A stretch of 64,000 bases of DNA from a virus. The DNA is taken from positions 9,627-73,626 of IMG/VR virus record IMGVR_UViG_3300045135_000252; one strand, given 5' to 3'. Shown in pieces: positions 28,096 to 37,057 of the stretch. Position numbers and translations under genes: made by a program. The notes below the pieces were generated by a model, which saw nothing but the letters and a program-made list of their open reading frames with translations, searched no databases and had not been told where the DNA came from. Every line of letters starts with the position of its first letter. The stretch's first letter is position 1.

Positions 28096-30916
28096 CTACG
28101 GTTTCCTCAACCTCAAGCATTGCGTCCACATCTAAGAACTCGCTGTTATCGCAGTCAAGTACCAAAGCCCTAGTAGCTGGGGATGAGATCTTCATGCCCT
28201 TAGACATACGCTTGTATGTGGTCTCTTTGAGAATCCCTTTCTTTGTAAGGTCTTTCAGGATTCCCTTGTAGTTCAAGCGGTATTTCACACAGTCTTCCTT
28301 GAACGCCTTTGCTGATATGTACATCAACTTAGTGTCAGGCTCGTACCGTATGAATAGATTACCTCTTGGCTCCATCAACGGTAGCGTTGGCATCTTAGAC
28401 CGTGAGTCCACTTCATCGTTGACCACAAGGATGTTCTGCAGGTGCCGGTTAATAAAGTCACCGATTACAGCTACCACATCATCCACAGGTGTGCGTACAT
28501 CTTCACGTAGTTCAGGGAGTAACTTCGCACCGCACCATTGGTAGATACGCATGACGTCCCAGTCGATAAGTCCTAGATTCCGTGCGATCAAACCGCCTGT
28601 AATGTTTGCGGCGATGATTGCAGACCAGAAGCGTTCTTTCTGTGTGATCTTAAACTCACGGTCTACTTTCTCTTGAATCTGACGGATAGCCGCCTTTACT
28701 TCTTCTAAGTTATTCACAAGATATTCAGCGTATATGTCGCCCGCATGCCCGTAGTTCTCAGGAAGCTCAATATCAAACTTATACTTGGAGGTTACGTCGT
28801 TAGCGATCTCTTCGCTGGTAGGGATTTTGTACTCGATGATCCGCATCATTTCTGCTTCTGGGCGGTTCTTTGCCGCCGCTAGAGCTTCGTAGAACGAGCT
28901 GTTTGCAGACGTAGTGACCAAAGTACACCAGTTGGTCAGGTTTTTACGCAGCTCGTTAGTGGACTGCTTCATGCGCTCTTTCCACTTACCCTGCGATACA
29001 CCGTAGGCTAGGTCTGATACTTCCTGCGGAGCGCACTCAGTCATCTCGTCTAGCGTTACCGATAGGTTGTTATGCACACCAAGGCGCATAAACTTAGCGT
29101 TCATGGTGTCAGCCTTGAGGCCAGTTAGGTTCTTTGGGTGCCCCCATACGCTGTTCTGCATGTACAGCACGGTAGACTTACCGTCACCGGAGCCTTCCGC
29201 GACCAGACTTACAAGCGCACCTTGCTGACCTGTGTATTTGAAAATCGGCGCACCGAAAGCACATAGTGTGGCAAACGCCTGTGGTTCAAGCCCTTTCCTG
29301 CCGTAGATGCTGAAGATTTCTTTCCACTTCTCGAATGACCCCGCCTTCTGTAAATGCTCTACAAATGTCTCTGTAGATGGCGATGGGGGCGTGTGGTACG
29401 TACCATCTGCAGTTATCTCTCTATCTCCAATGATAAATTTGCTGTCATTGTCAGCCCATCCAAACTGTAATCTCATTAGCTCTGCCTTCTTTTTTGTCTG
29501 CATTTCACGTACAGATGCAGTGATGTACCAACTCAGTAACTCACTTTTTTTACTAGCGCCACAAAGCACACCGTGCTCTGCTAATAGCTTTCGTACTTCT
29601 CTTGGCTCTGTTAGCTGTGAGTTAGGGATAATAAATTCAAGAACCCCATCGTGCGGAGTGTGCAGTTTAAACACCGCTACGTCCTTCTTGATTGGGTCTT
29701 TCATACGTTTCAACACGTATAGATCGTGCTCGTATACCAGCACTGGCTCTTCTTCAGCATTAGCAGAGTCGTACCAGATACCACCTGTTTTGCCACGGAA
29801 GAACGGAAACGGATACTCAGGGATTTTGTACTTCTCTTCAACACCGTCTTCTTCGATGCTTATGATATTGTCCATCTCACTGGCTTTTTCTACCTCACGG
29901 CCAAGCACGATGGGGCTTTTAATCTTGCCTTTGAACGGACAACCATCACACCCGCCGGGGTTATTTTCCTCGAACTTCTCGCAAGTATGTGGCCCAAGTA
30001 TATGTTTTATCTTGTGTTCTACTTCGCCCGGGTCATAGTCTGGGTGGTCTGAAGATAGCTTGTGTATGGCTTTGTCCTTATCTGTACAGAACTTTGCGAC
30101 AGATAAAGCATTGAACCATCTAGGCTCCACTAAGGTTTCACGGTCTTCATAGCAAGATAGAAGCTGTTGACAGCCATCACCGTTGCCACTGCGGATCATG
30201 ATCTTCTTAAAGCTATTAGTCGTAGCGTCAGCAAACTGCTGTCCTAACGCCGTTAACTCACGTTTTGGCGCGGTCTCAACTTTATCCTCTACACCAAGTA
30301 TGTCCCGTAACTCATTGAAATCTATAGGGTCAGCTTCCTGAACTACAGATACTGGCTTAGCTGGATCGTCTTTAAAGTTGAGTGTGCCCGGAACTCTAAG
30401 TACACGTGCAACCTCAAACACCGCAGGGTCTACATATAGCTCATGCGTAAAGCACAGCTCACGTAGGCGGTGTGCGACTGGCTCCCACTGTTCACGGGTT
30501 ACTTCCTCAGTCAGTGCCCAGTACACGTGGATACCACGGCCAGAGTTGACGAGTATAGGTTCAGGCAGTCCTACCAGTTCGCAGAAAGCATCTAGTGCTT
30601 CCTTACCACTGTCTTGATCTGCGTAACCATCAGGGCGTCCTGTCTTTTCGTTGACCTCTGCCTTCGTGGGGCCACAGTCTATGTCAAGCCAAAAGGCTTT
30701 GAGCGACTGTACGTTGTCTTTCTTTCTGTCTGCATCGGTTTGGAATTTAGCCACCGCGAAGAAAGCATTGCGTTTATCAGCTACGAACTGCTCTGCTAGC
30801 TCGTCTAGTTCCTCACGGGTTTGTACAAGTTTCTGTACAATGCTCCTCCCTTTGATACCGACAGCGCAGAACCATCCATCTTTCGGCTGTACTGCGTCTA
30901 ATAGGTCGAATGTCAT
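28064..30916 (-). CDS. Primase-helicase (AEP/RepB-like primase plus DUF927-type helicase)
   Basis: FWLDIDCG, NSGRGIHVYW and RVLRVPGTLN primase motifs; Cys cluster; FGW; Walker A GSGDGKST and Walker B TLDEMT. Confidence 0.85.
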   Translation of the reverse strand: MTFDLLDAVQPKDGWFCAVGIKGRSIVQKLVQTREELDELAEQFVADKRNAFFAVAKFQTDADRKKDNVQSLKAFWLDIDCGPTKAEVNEKTGRPDGYADQDSGKEALDAFCELVGLPEPILVNSGRGIHVYWALTEEVTREQWEPVAHRLRELCFTHELYVDPAVFEVARVLRVPGTLNFKDDPAKPVSVVQEADPIDFNELRDILGVEDKVETAPKRELTALGQQFADATTNSFKKIMIRSGNGDGCQQLLSCYEDRETLVEPRWFNALSVAKFCTDKDKAIHKLSSDHPDYDPGEVEHKIKHILGPHTCEKFEENNPGGCDGCPFKGKIKSPIVLGREVEKASEMDNIISIEEDGVEEKYKIPEYPFPFFRGKTGGIWYDSANAEEEPVLVYEHDLYVLKRMKDPIKKDVAVFKLHTPHDGVLEFIIPNSQLTEPREVRKLLAEHGVLCGASKKSELLSWYITASVREMQTKKKAELMRLQFGWADNDSKFIIGDREITADGTYHTPPSPSTETFVEHLQKAGSFEKWKEIFSIYGRKGLEPQAFATLCAFGAPIFKYTGQQGALVSLVAEGSGDGKSTVLYMQNSVWGHPKNLTGLKADTMNAKFMRLGVHNNLSVTLDEMTECAPQEVSDLAYGVSQGKWKERMKQSTNELRKNLTNWCTLVTTSANSSFYEALAAAKNRPEAEMMRIIEYKIPTSEEIANDVTSKYKFDIELPENYGHAGDIYAEYLVNNLEEVKAAIRQIQEKVDREFKITQKERFWSAIIAANITGGLIARNLGLIDWDVMRIYQWCGAKLLPELREDVRTPVDDVVAVIGDFINRHLQNILVVNDEVDSRSKMPTLPLMEPRGNLFIRYEPDTKLMYISAKAFKEDCVKYRLNYKGILKDLTKKGILKETTYKRMSKGMKISSPATRALVLDCDNSEFLDVDAMLEVEETVDAGGEGQLRD

Positions 30917-30939
30917 CCCTAAATCCTTGCTGTGTAATT

Positions 30940-31176
30940 TTATTTGTCAGCGGCTAGTGAGCTTATTATTTCTTGTATCTGCTCCAGCTTGGCACGTGGG
31001 GCGTTAACCCCACAGAACCAGTTGTATACAGTCTGCCTTGTGACTTCCAAGTGAGCCGCTACGTCTGAGACGGGCACATCACGTTCGATGCAAACCCGCC
31101 CCAGTTGTACGCCCAACAAACGGTCATCGGCTTCTTTATTTAGCTCGATTAGCCTATTGCTGTAGCCATAGCTCAT
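30940..31176 (-). CDS. Cro/CI-type HTH regulator
   Basis: VSDVAAHLEVTRQTVYNWFCG helix-turn-helix. Confidence 0.8.
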   Translation of the reverse strand: MSYGYSNRLIELNKEADDRLLGVQLGRVCIERDVPVSDVAAHLEVTRQTVYNWFCGVNAPRAKLEQIQEIISSLAADK

Positions 31177-32081
31177 CAGTCGTCATCGCTCCACGCACTC
31201 ACTACATCAGCGAGACTATTAGTTTCAGGTTTAGGTTCGGCTTTCTTTGCCTGACGCTTAACCGGCTTGGCTTCTTCTACTACCGGCTCTTCTTCCGGTT
31301 CGTCAGAATACACGATCTGCTCTGGTTCACTAGCAGGTAATGCAGTCACTTGATCTGTCTGCGCTGTAGTGATCTTCGTGTACATATCTGTATCTGGGTT
31401 CTTCTGCGCCGCGAGAACCAGCTCGTACTCCTCGTCAGACACCTGACGGATTGGCTTGAAGTTAAGCACATAAGTCTGGCTTTGGTTGTTAGGATCGTGA
31501 GCGATCTGCGTAACCACGGTATCTGGAGATTCTCCGTTACCCGCAAGGAACTTGGTGTAGCTCTCAAACGGATGCGTATTACCTACACCCTTACCGAACA
31601 ATGACTTGGACGGAATCTTGAACTGATACACAGTACCTTTAGGATCACCCTCAACCATCACAGCGATGCGGCGCTGGAACTTACATGCACGGCGGCCACC
31701 GCTAGCAGAACCTTGTACATTCTGCGGGCATGTAGCGCATGCTGTTGACTGTGGATTTGAGCACCCTTCGTCAGGCACATCGCCTTTGTTAGACCAGCAA
31801 TCAGGTAACGTAGGGTTCTCAGGGTCATACTGTGAGCCATAATACTCACGAGACACCTCTTTGATTGCACCTACGATAATCACGTTAAGCGCATCGCGTA
31901 CTGGGGCACCAGCCTGTTGGCCGTTAACAATGCGAACAAAGTCGCCAGAGTTACGTGCTTGGATACGACGAGTGTTAGACGTTGTAGATGCCGGAGCAAA
32001 TACATCGCCCAACGCGCCTTTACGTGGAGTTGATACTGTTACGCCAGTATTGTTTTCAAAAATTGAGACTTGCTTGCTCAT
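31176..32081 (-). CDS. Putative ssDNA-binding/replication protein
   Basis: Start re-assigned to MSKQVSIF (GAGGT RBS). PDCWS..G..PD, C..CP.N..GS...ACK..RRIAV motifs and an acidic tail ending WSDDD. Confidence 0.65.
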   Translation of the reverse strand: MSKQVSIFENNTGVTVSTPRKGALGDVFAPASTTSNTRRIQARNSGDFVRIVNGQQAGAPVRDALNVIIVGAIKEVSREYYGSQYDPENPTLPDCWSNKGDVPDEGCSNPQSTACATCPQNVQGSASGGRRACKFQRRIAVMVEGDPKGTVYQFKIPSKSLFGKGVGNTHPFESYTKFLAGNGESPDTVVTQIAHDPNNQSQTYVLNFKPIRQVSDEEYELVLAAQKNPDTDMYTKITTAQTDQVTALPASEPEQIVYSDEPEEEPVVEEAKPVKRQAKKAEPKPETNSLADVVSAWSDDD

Positions 32082-32091
32082 TGTGTACCTC

Positions 32092-32490
32092 TTATTTAGA
32101 AGTTGGTTTACGGACTTGCACGGTATATTTGCGGTCGGCTTGAAGCCCTGCTGGTAATACATCAGGGTTTTCCTCAAGGAATTGCTTCATGTTGCCGTTG
32201 TGGATTCTCTGCTCAAGCAGATGAGGAGCGTCATGTTCCTTAATTAGCTTGTACATAGCCTCCCAGTCACTCGTCCAATACCGTGACGTTATACGACGAG
32301 TGACCGTGCCTTCTGGGGTTTTGAAACCGTCTTGGCCGTTTTCCTCACATATTTCTAGTAAGGCTTGGCCTACGGAATCTAGTTGCTCTTTAAGAGCAGA
32401 CATTTCTTCTTTGTGCTGGTGTTCTTTTTCGCGTATTGCATCACGAATTTTAAGATACACGGGCACAAGTTTATCGGCTGGTGTTGCCAT
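32092..32490 (-). CDS. Conserved replication-module protein
   Basis: YLKIRD coiled coil, T..GTV.R, YW.SDW, LLEQRI...M.QFLEENPD..P.GL; has its own promoter and RBS. Confidence 0.75.
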   Translation of the reverse strand: MATPADKLVPVYLKIRDAIREKEHQHKEEMSALKEQLDSVGQALLEICEENGQDGFKTPEGTVTRRITSRYWTSDWEAMYKLIKEHDAPHLLEQRIHNGNMKQFLEENPDVLPAGLQADRKYTVQVRKPTSK

Positions 32491-32523
32491 AGTTAGTACC
32501 TCTTTTGGTTGACTCCATTAACA

Positions 32524-32551
32524 ACTATAGTGTTGTTTTTGACTTTGTCAA
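32524..32551 (-). promoter_or_regulatory. Putative sigma70 promoter of the primase operon
   Basis: TTGACA-16 nt-TATAGT. Confidence 0.6.
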
Positions 32552-34104
32552 GAACTTAATTCTTGTCTGTACAGGTCGATGATCTTCTCGTGATTGTTGA
32601 TATTATTTTGGAGCATCTTGTACAGGCGTTCTTCTGTTGGGCTTCCTTTAACATGCACAATGGTCATAGCGTTCTTCTGCCCGGGGCGGTTGATACGCGC
32701 ATTGGCTTGCAAGTAAGTCTCAACACTGGTGACTGGTGCATACCAGATAATCGTATTTGCCGCAGTCAAAGTGAGTCCATGCGACGCGGCTTGCGGTTGA
32801 ATAAGTAGAACACGAGGTTCGGGCTGTTCTTGAAAACTTTGAACAATATCACTGCGCTTGTTGACAGAAACTTTGCCGTTAATAACCCCACACGTATAGC
32901 CTTTATCCTCAAGATAAGTGCGTAGTAACTCAATCGTGTGCGTAAAGGGAACGAAGACAAGCACTTTGTGTGATGACTCATTGATAACTTCCTCGATAAC
33001 TTTGAGGCGGTTGGATACATCAAACTCGATAACTTCACGGGTATCTGTGTATACACAACCACCTGATATTTGTAATAGCTTATTCATCGCAGTCGCCGCA
33101 TTGACCGCAGTTACGTACTCACCATCTGCTTCCATCATTAGCTGTTTCTTCAGCTCGATGTAATACTTCTCTTGTTGTTTGGTCAGCGGTGCATCTCGTT
33201 CTACGTGCGTAACTTCAGGCAGATCAAGACACTGATCTTTCTCAAACCGTATGGCTGGCTGTAACAATCTATGGATGTAGTCCTGTGCTTTTGGCTTTGG
33301 CACCCACTTAAACTGTGTAACTTTGTACATCACAGAGTCACGGAAATGACTGTAGAACTTAGGGCAGTCTTTTGGATTTACTAGCTTAGCCAGACCATAG
33401 GCATCTAGTGGAGATTGTGCCGCTGGCGTACCTGTTAGCATCCACAACCACTCGGTGTTCTTCATGATGTTGCAGAGGACTTTCCAACGGTTAGTCTGCG
33501 GGTTCTTGTAGGCATTGGCTTCATCGACCACGATCATGTCGAACCCACCAGCCATAATCTCTTCTTTGACTACGTTGAGTCCGTCAAAGTTAATGACTAC
33601 AAACTCAGAGCCAGCTTCGATAATCTTCTTACGCGCACGCTTGTCACCATATGCAACGGAACAGCTACGGTGCATTGCAAACTTAAACAAGTCCTGCTGC
33701 CACGCTGATTTCATAATGGATAACGGGCAAATCACAAGCACGCGCTTTACGCGGCCTAGCTTCATCAGATAATCAGCCGCCCAGATTACTGATGCTGTCT
33801 TACCTGTACCCTGTTCGTTAAAGCAGAAAGCCTTCTTGTGTAGTGACAAGAACGATGCTGTTTCTTTTTGGTGATCGAATGGTGTGAACTTGCCTGTCCA
33901 TTCATAGTCGCGTTTGATGGTTGATGGCGGCTTCTTAAAAGGAAGAGTGGCAAGGGTCTGCATTTCATCGAGACCCCAGTGTATAGCCACTGTATATACG
34001 TCATCGTCTTCTTTTTCTAAGATCGCGCTCTTTTTGATTGCATCCGTGATGAGTTGCGGATTGCGTGTCCGTAATGTCAGGACTTTATTTTCTACGACTT
34101 CCAT
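32548..34104 (-). CDS. SNF2-family helicase
   Basis: NEQGTGKT, VVDEANAYK, LTGTP, HGLTLTAA and QANARINRPGQ motifs. Confidence 0.9.
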   Translation of the reverse strand: MEVVENKVLTLRTRNPQLITDAIKKSAILEKEDDDVYTVAIHWGLDEMQTLATLPFKKPPSTIKRDYEWTGKFTPFDHQKETASFLSLHKKAFCFNEQGTGKTASVIWAADYLMKLGRVKRVLVICPLSIMKSAWQQDLFKFAMHRSCSVAYGDKRARKKIIEAGSEFVVINFDGLNVVKEEIMAGGFDMIVVDEANAYKNPQTNRWKVLCNIMKNTEWLWMLTGTPAAQSPLDAYGLAKLVNPKDCPKFYSHFRDSVMYKVTQFKWVPKPKAQDYIHRLLQPAIRFEKDQCLDLPEVTHVERDAPLTKQQEKYYIELKKQLMMEADGEYVTAVNAATAMNKLLQISGGCVYTDTREVIEFDVSNRLKVIEEVINESSHKVLVFVPFTHTIELLRTYLEDKGYTCGVINGKVSVNKRSDIVQSFQEQPEPRVLLIQPQAASHGLTLTAANTIIWYAPVTSVETYLQANARINRPGQKNAMTIVHVKGSPTEERLYKMLQNNINNHEKIIDLYRQELSS

Positions 34105-34372
34105 TCTTTTTGACTGACCTATCGCTGTTGCGAGAGAACGAACGGTTTGCCGATGCGCTCTTTACTCGCAGGTTACCTTTACCGTTAGACCCGCCCTTTG
34201 AAATAGGTTTCTTATGGTCTACATCTTTGCCGTCGCCTTTCTTTACGCGACCTTCTCTTTCTAATTTCCGTCTAGCGGCGTTGCGCTTAGCGCGATTCTT
34301 TTTCTGTTCCTCTGTGCCACCGTACTGTTCGTACTCTTTCTTGTACGGGCGTTTCTTGTTTACATACGGCAT
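34085..34372 (-). CDS. HNH endonuclease
   Basis: GDGKDVDHKKPISKGGSN...NLRV.S.SANRS; start re-assigned to MPYVNKK. Confidence 0.85.
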   Translation of the reverse strand: MPYVNKKRPYKKEYEQYGGTEEQKKNRAKRNAARRKLEREGRVKKGDGKDVDHKKPISKGGSNGKGNLRVKSASANRSFSRNSDRSVKKNGSRRK

Positions 34373-34382
34373 TGCTTTGTCC

Positions 34383-35048
34383 TCAGCGTTTGGAGTTATG
34401 CTCACAGTGTACTACAGGGCAAAAACGGCACAACGGGCCAGATATAGGGTTCCATACCCCTGAGTCCTCTGCACCCGTTAGTCTATCAAGCAATGGGTTA
34501 AAGGTCTCGAAATACTTGTTGCGATCTTCGATGTAATGATCTTTCTTTATAAATTCGTTACTAACCACAAAGCACAGAGCTGATTTGATCTTCTTGAGCT
34601 GTGGAAAGTGAACAAAAAGTGCGGCGGCCACAATGTCTAGCTGTTTAGTATCCGCGTACTTAGCGCTCTTACTGGTCTTGTAGTCCACGGAGTAAGCGGT
34701 ATCGCCTTGGATAATCACCAAGTCAGCGATGCCACGCCACCAAACTTCCTTATCAAAGAAGCCACACGGTGCGTAATCATCATCCGTCAGCTTCAGGCCG
34801 AGCTTCATCTCGCAGTGCTTATCGCCTTCGATTTTGTTTAAGGCTTCTAGCGTACCCCTAAGATATGCGAATCGTTCGGGTACCGGGGTACCTAACTTGA
34901 TGAAGTCTTCAGCCGCTTTATGCACTTCTTGTCCATAAATAGTGGCCTCACTACCTTGGTCTTTGACATCTTTCACTACCTTCAGATGAAAGTATTTCTT
35001 CGGGCATTGCTCAAATGTCTTGAGACTACTGTAAGACCACGTTGTCAC
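34383..35048 (-). CDS. PD-(D/E)XK exonuclease (Cas4/RecB-like)
   Basis: WSYSSL..FEQCP, G..VH, RGIADL...DYKT, QL and a C-terminal CRFCP...C. Confidence 0.85.
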   Translation of the reverse strand: MTTWSYSSLKTFEQCPKKYFHLKVVKDVKDQGSEATIYGQEVHKAAEDFIKLGTPVPERFAYLRGTLEALNKIEGDKHCEMKLGLKLTDDDYAPCGFFDKEVWWRGIADLVIIQGDTAYSVDYKTSKSAKYADTKQLDIVAAALFVHFPQLKKIKSALCFVVSNEFIKKDHYIEDRNKYFETFNPLLDRLTGAEDSGVWNPISGPLCRFCPVVHCEHNSKR

Positions 35049-35266
35049 TATTTGTCCTCCGTTTCTACGTCTTCTACTACATGTAGAAACTTAATCTTTG
35101 GGGTATCCTGCCGTAAATTATGGTACTCCAACTGTACTTTAGCAGAGTTAATCATCTTACCTGCTAAGTTAGACATTTCCGCAACGGTTTTGGTTTCTAG
35201 ATTTCCCTGCGAAAGCATTTCAAACGCATTTGCTAGGTGTTCTCTTAGTTCAACTACATTTTTCAT
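35048..35266 (-). CDS. Hypothetical protein
   Basis: 72-aa ORF translationally coupled to both neighbours. Confidence 0.6.
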   Translation of the reverse strand: MKNVVELREHLANAFEMLSQGNLETKTVAEMSNLAGKMINSAKVQLEYHNLRQDTPKIKFLHVVEDVETEDK

Positions 35267-35787
35267 TTCGTGATTTCCTTTAAATATCGGTTTATTTTAA
35301 TAAGCTCTTTGTAAGCCAGCGCCAAACTATCCGGTATTTCGTGCGACGACATACTAGATTTGCACACCATAAGCTGTTTAACGTAGCTTAAATGAAGCTC
35401 ATCTACTCGGGCTCTAGAATGCTTATCGTTTAGTCTTTTAAACATTTCAGCATTTCTAGCTTTATAGTTAGCTTGAGTTTGTTTGTACTTTTCTGTCCGC
35501 CTATACTTCTCCCCTCGTAATTTATCTTGAAGTTTATTTTTTTCGTAATTAGCAAGCCTCCAGTCTTTTTTCTGCTTACGGACTTTCTCTGGGTTTTCTA
35601 ACAAAGCAGTCCTTTTTATTAACCTATTGCAGCTTTTGCAGTAACTCGACACTTTGTATCTCATTTTTGCGTCGTAGCTAAACTCAGAAAAACTTTTATA
35701 GACCTTACACTTTGAGCATCTTTTGTAGTTAAACCCGCCAGCCTCTACGTAAATTTCTAGACTCTTCGCGCCCATAACATTACTCAT
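35263..35787 (-). CDS. Basic zinc-finger protein (AT-rich gene)
   Basis: KRCSKCK...F...YCKSC followed by a Lys/Arg-rich helix, like the N-termini of phage homing nucleases, but no catalytic motif seen. Confidence 0.6.
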   Translation of the reverse strand: MSNVMGAKSLEIYVEAGGFNYKRCSKCKVYKSFSEFSYDAKMRYKVSSYCKSCNRLIKRTALLENPEKVRKQKKDWRLANYEKNKLQDKLRGEKYRRTEKYKQTQANYKARNAEMFKRLNDKHSRARVDELHLSYVKQLMVCKSSMSSHEIPDSLALAYKELIKINRYLKEITK

Positions 35788-35956
35788 CCTTTGTCTTTAT
35801 ATAGTTGTATGGGTCGATCTGCTTCCACATCATCTTTTGTAGTGCATCAACATATGCATCGTATGTAGCTTCTACAAACTCCTGCTGTTTATCGCTAGGG
35901 ATAAACAGCTCTTGGAACTCATGCGGAGTGCAGTCGATCTCAATTTTTACCTTCAT
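35780..35956 (-). CDS. 58-aa hypothetical protein (not in ORF track)
   Basis: MKVKIEIDCTPHEFQELFIPSDKQQEF...; fills the gap between coupled genes. Confidence 0.6.
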   Translation of the reverse strand: MKVKIEIDCTPHEFQELFIPSDKQQEFVEATYDAYVDALQKMMWKQIDPYNYIKTKDE

Positions 35957-36350
35957 TCAGCTTCTCCAAGCGCTTGATCTCTGCCTCTGCGTAGAACTTA
36001 ATCTTCTTCGCATCACGTAGCATCTTGCTATGCGCCACTTCACCGTAGCGGTAGCATGCGCGGAATATCTCGCCTATTTGGGCATTCATATTCTTGTGCG
36101 AAATCAAATCTTGCAGTTCTTTTGCACCGTTTGGCAATACGTAGTAGTCAGCCGAACTTCCGTCTGAGACAGTATGAGACGGTATGCGTCTAACAGGTTC
36201 GACTAAAGTATTAGTAGAATCTTTTACTTTACGCATGATTTTGTAGGCGTATCCGTATGTAGTACCCATAGCCTTTGCTATTTCTGCTGGTTTAGCAGTA
36301 GGGTTTGCCTTTACGTACTTCGTTACTTTCTGTGCTTTAGTCATTTTCAT
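35940..36350 (-). CDS. HTH plus DUF3310/SaV-like domain protein
   Basis: P.EIAKAMGTTYGYAY helix pair followed by DGSSADYY.LP...ELQDLI...M...GEIFRACYRYG...D.KK..FY. Confidence 0.6.
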   Translation of the reverse strand: MKMTKAQKVTKYVKANPTAKPAEIAKAMGTTYGYAYKIMRKVKDSTNTLVEPVRRIPSHTVSDGSSADYYVLPNGAKELQDLISHKNMNAQIGEIFRACYRYGEVAHSKMLRDAKKIKFYAEAEIKRLEKLNEGKN

Positions 36351-36591
36351 TTGAGTTACCTCTCTTTTTAGTCCATTTAGTTATTTCCTCCTCAAGGTGT
36401 CTATCTACGATGTAGCCCTTAAACGGAGGATTCAGTAGGCTTTCGCCCCTTTGTCTATACGATCTGGCCTTGGCCTCGTCGTCTAGCATCTCGTATTCCT
36501 CTGCGAGGAATAAGTACCACTTTGCGGCACTTTCGATTGTGATCCCCATGCTTTCCATAAGGTCACGCTCAACTGTTGGTAGCTTTCCCAT
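36337..36591 (-). CDS. Hypothetical protein
   Basis: 84-aa ORF in the operon, overlapping its neighbours. Confidence 0.55.
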   Translation of the reverse strand: MGKLPTVERDLMESMGITIESAAKWYLFLAEEYEMLDDEAKARSYRQRGESLLNPPFKGYIVDRHLEEEITKWTKKRGNSNEND

Positions 36592-36772
36592 CTTCGTATC
36601 CCATCCTGTATGCTGTTTCTAAAATAGTCATAAGCTCTGTCTTATAGTTGTATTCGACTTCTTCTATTACGGCCATTGGGTGTTCCATTCTGAATTTACG
36701 CATCTGTGGTGCGCTTGGAGCGTAGGCCACCTTGCCCGTCTCCAAATCTTTACAGAACCAAAATTTCTTCAA
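36569..36772 (-). CDS. Hypothetical protein
   Basis: 67-aa ORF whose TTG start overlaps the upstream stop. Confidence 0.55.
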   Translation of the reverse strand: MKKFWFCKDLETGKVAYAPSAPQMRKFRMEHPMAVIEEVEYNYKTELMTILETAYRMGYEDGKATNS

Positions 36773-36969
36773 GCCCCGAACCTCTTCGCATGAATGACCT
36801 CTGGGAAGTTAAAACTCCGTTCGTACCGATGCGAGTATCTCGCTACCATCTGCTCGATTACTCTGTAGCTCCTACCAAAATGTTCTGCGGTTTCTTTAAC
36901 AGACCGCCCTCTGCTCCAGTAGGTCATGATTTCCTCAATCGTTGCTTCTGAATGTTTCTTTGGATTCAT
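36769..36969 (-). CDS. Small HTH-like protein
   Basis: GRSVKETAEHFGRSYRVIEQMV; start re-assigned to MNPKK. Confidence 0.55.
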   Translation of the reverse strand: MNPKKHSEATIEEIMTYWSRGRSVKETAEHFGRSYRVIEQMVARYSHRYERSFNFPEVIHAKRFGA

Positions 36970-37057
36970 CTTTCTTTTTCTTCCCGAATATCCGATCAAA
37001 ATTTTCTTCAAACTTCTGCTTGTCCGTTGGACGTTGCTTACTGCCTTTCCCTGCCAT
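36935..37057 (-). CDS. 40-aa phage peptide (not in ORF track)
   Basis: MAGKGSKQRPTDKQKFEENFDRIFGKKK..., coupled to the PolA stop (TAATG). Confidence 0.65.
   Translation of the reverse strand: MAGKGSKQRPTDKQKFEENFDRIFGKKKKDESKETFRSND

Noticed and set aside
29307-30038. Long antisense ORFs (e.g. 243 aa here, 202 aa at 8680-9288, 176 aa at 49396-49926)
   Set aside because: These are shadow frames opposite well-supported genes, with no RBS or recognisable motifs.
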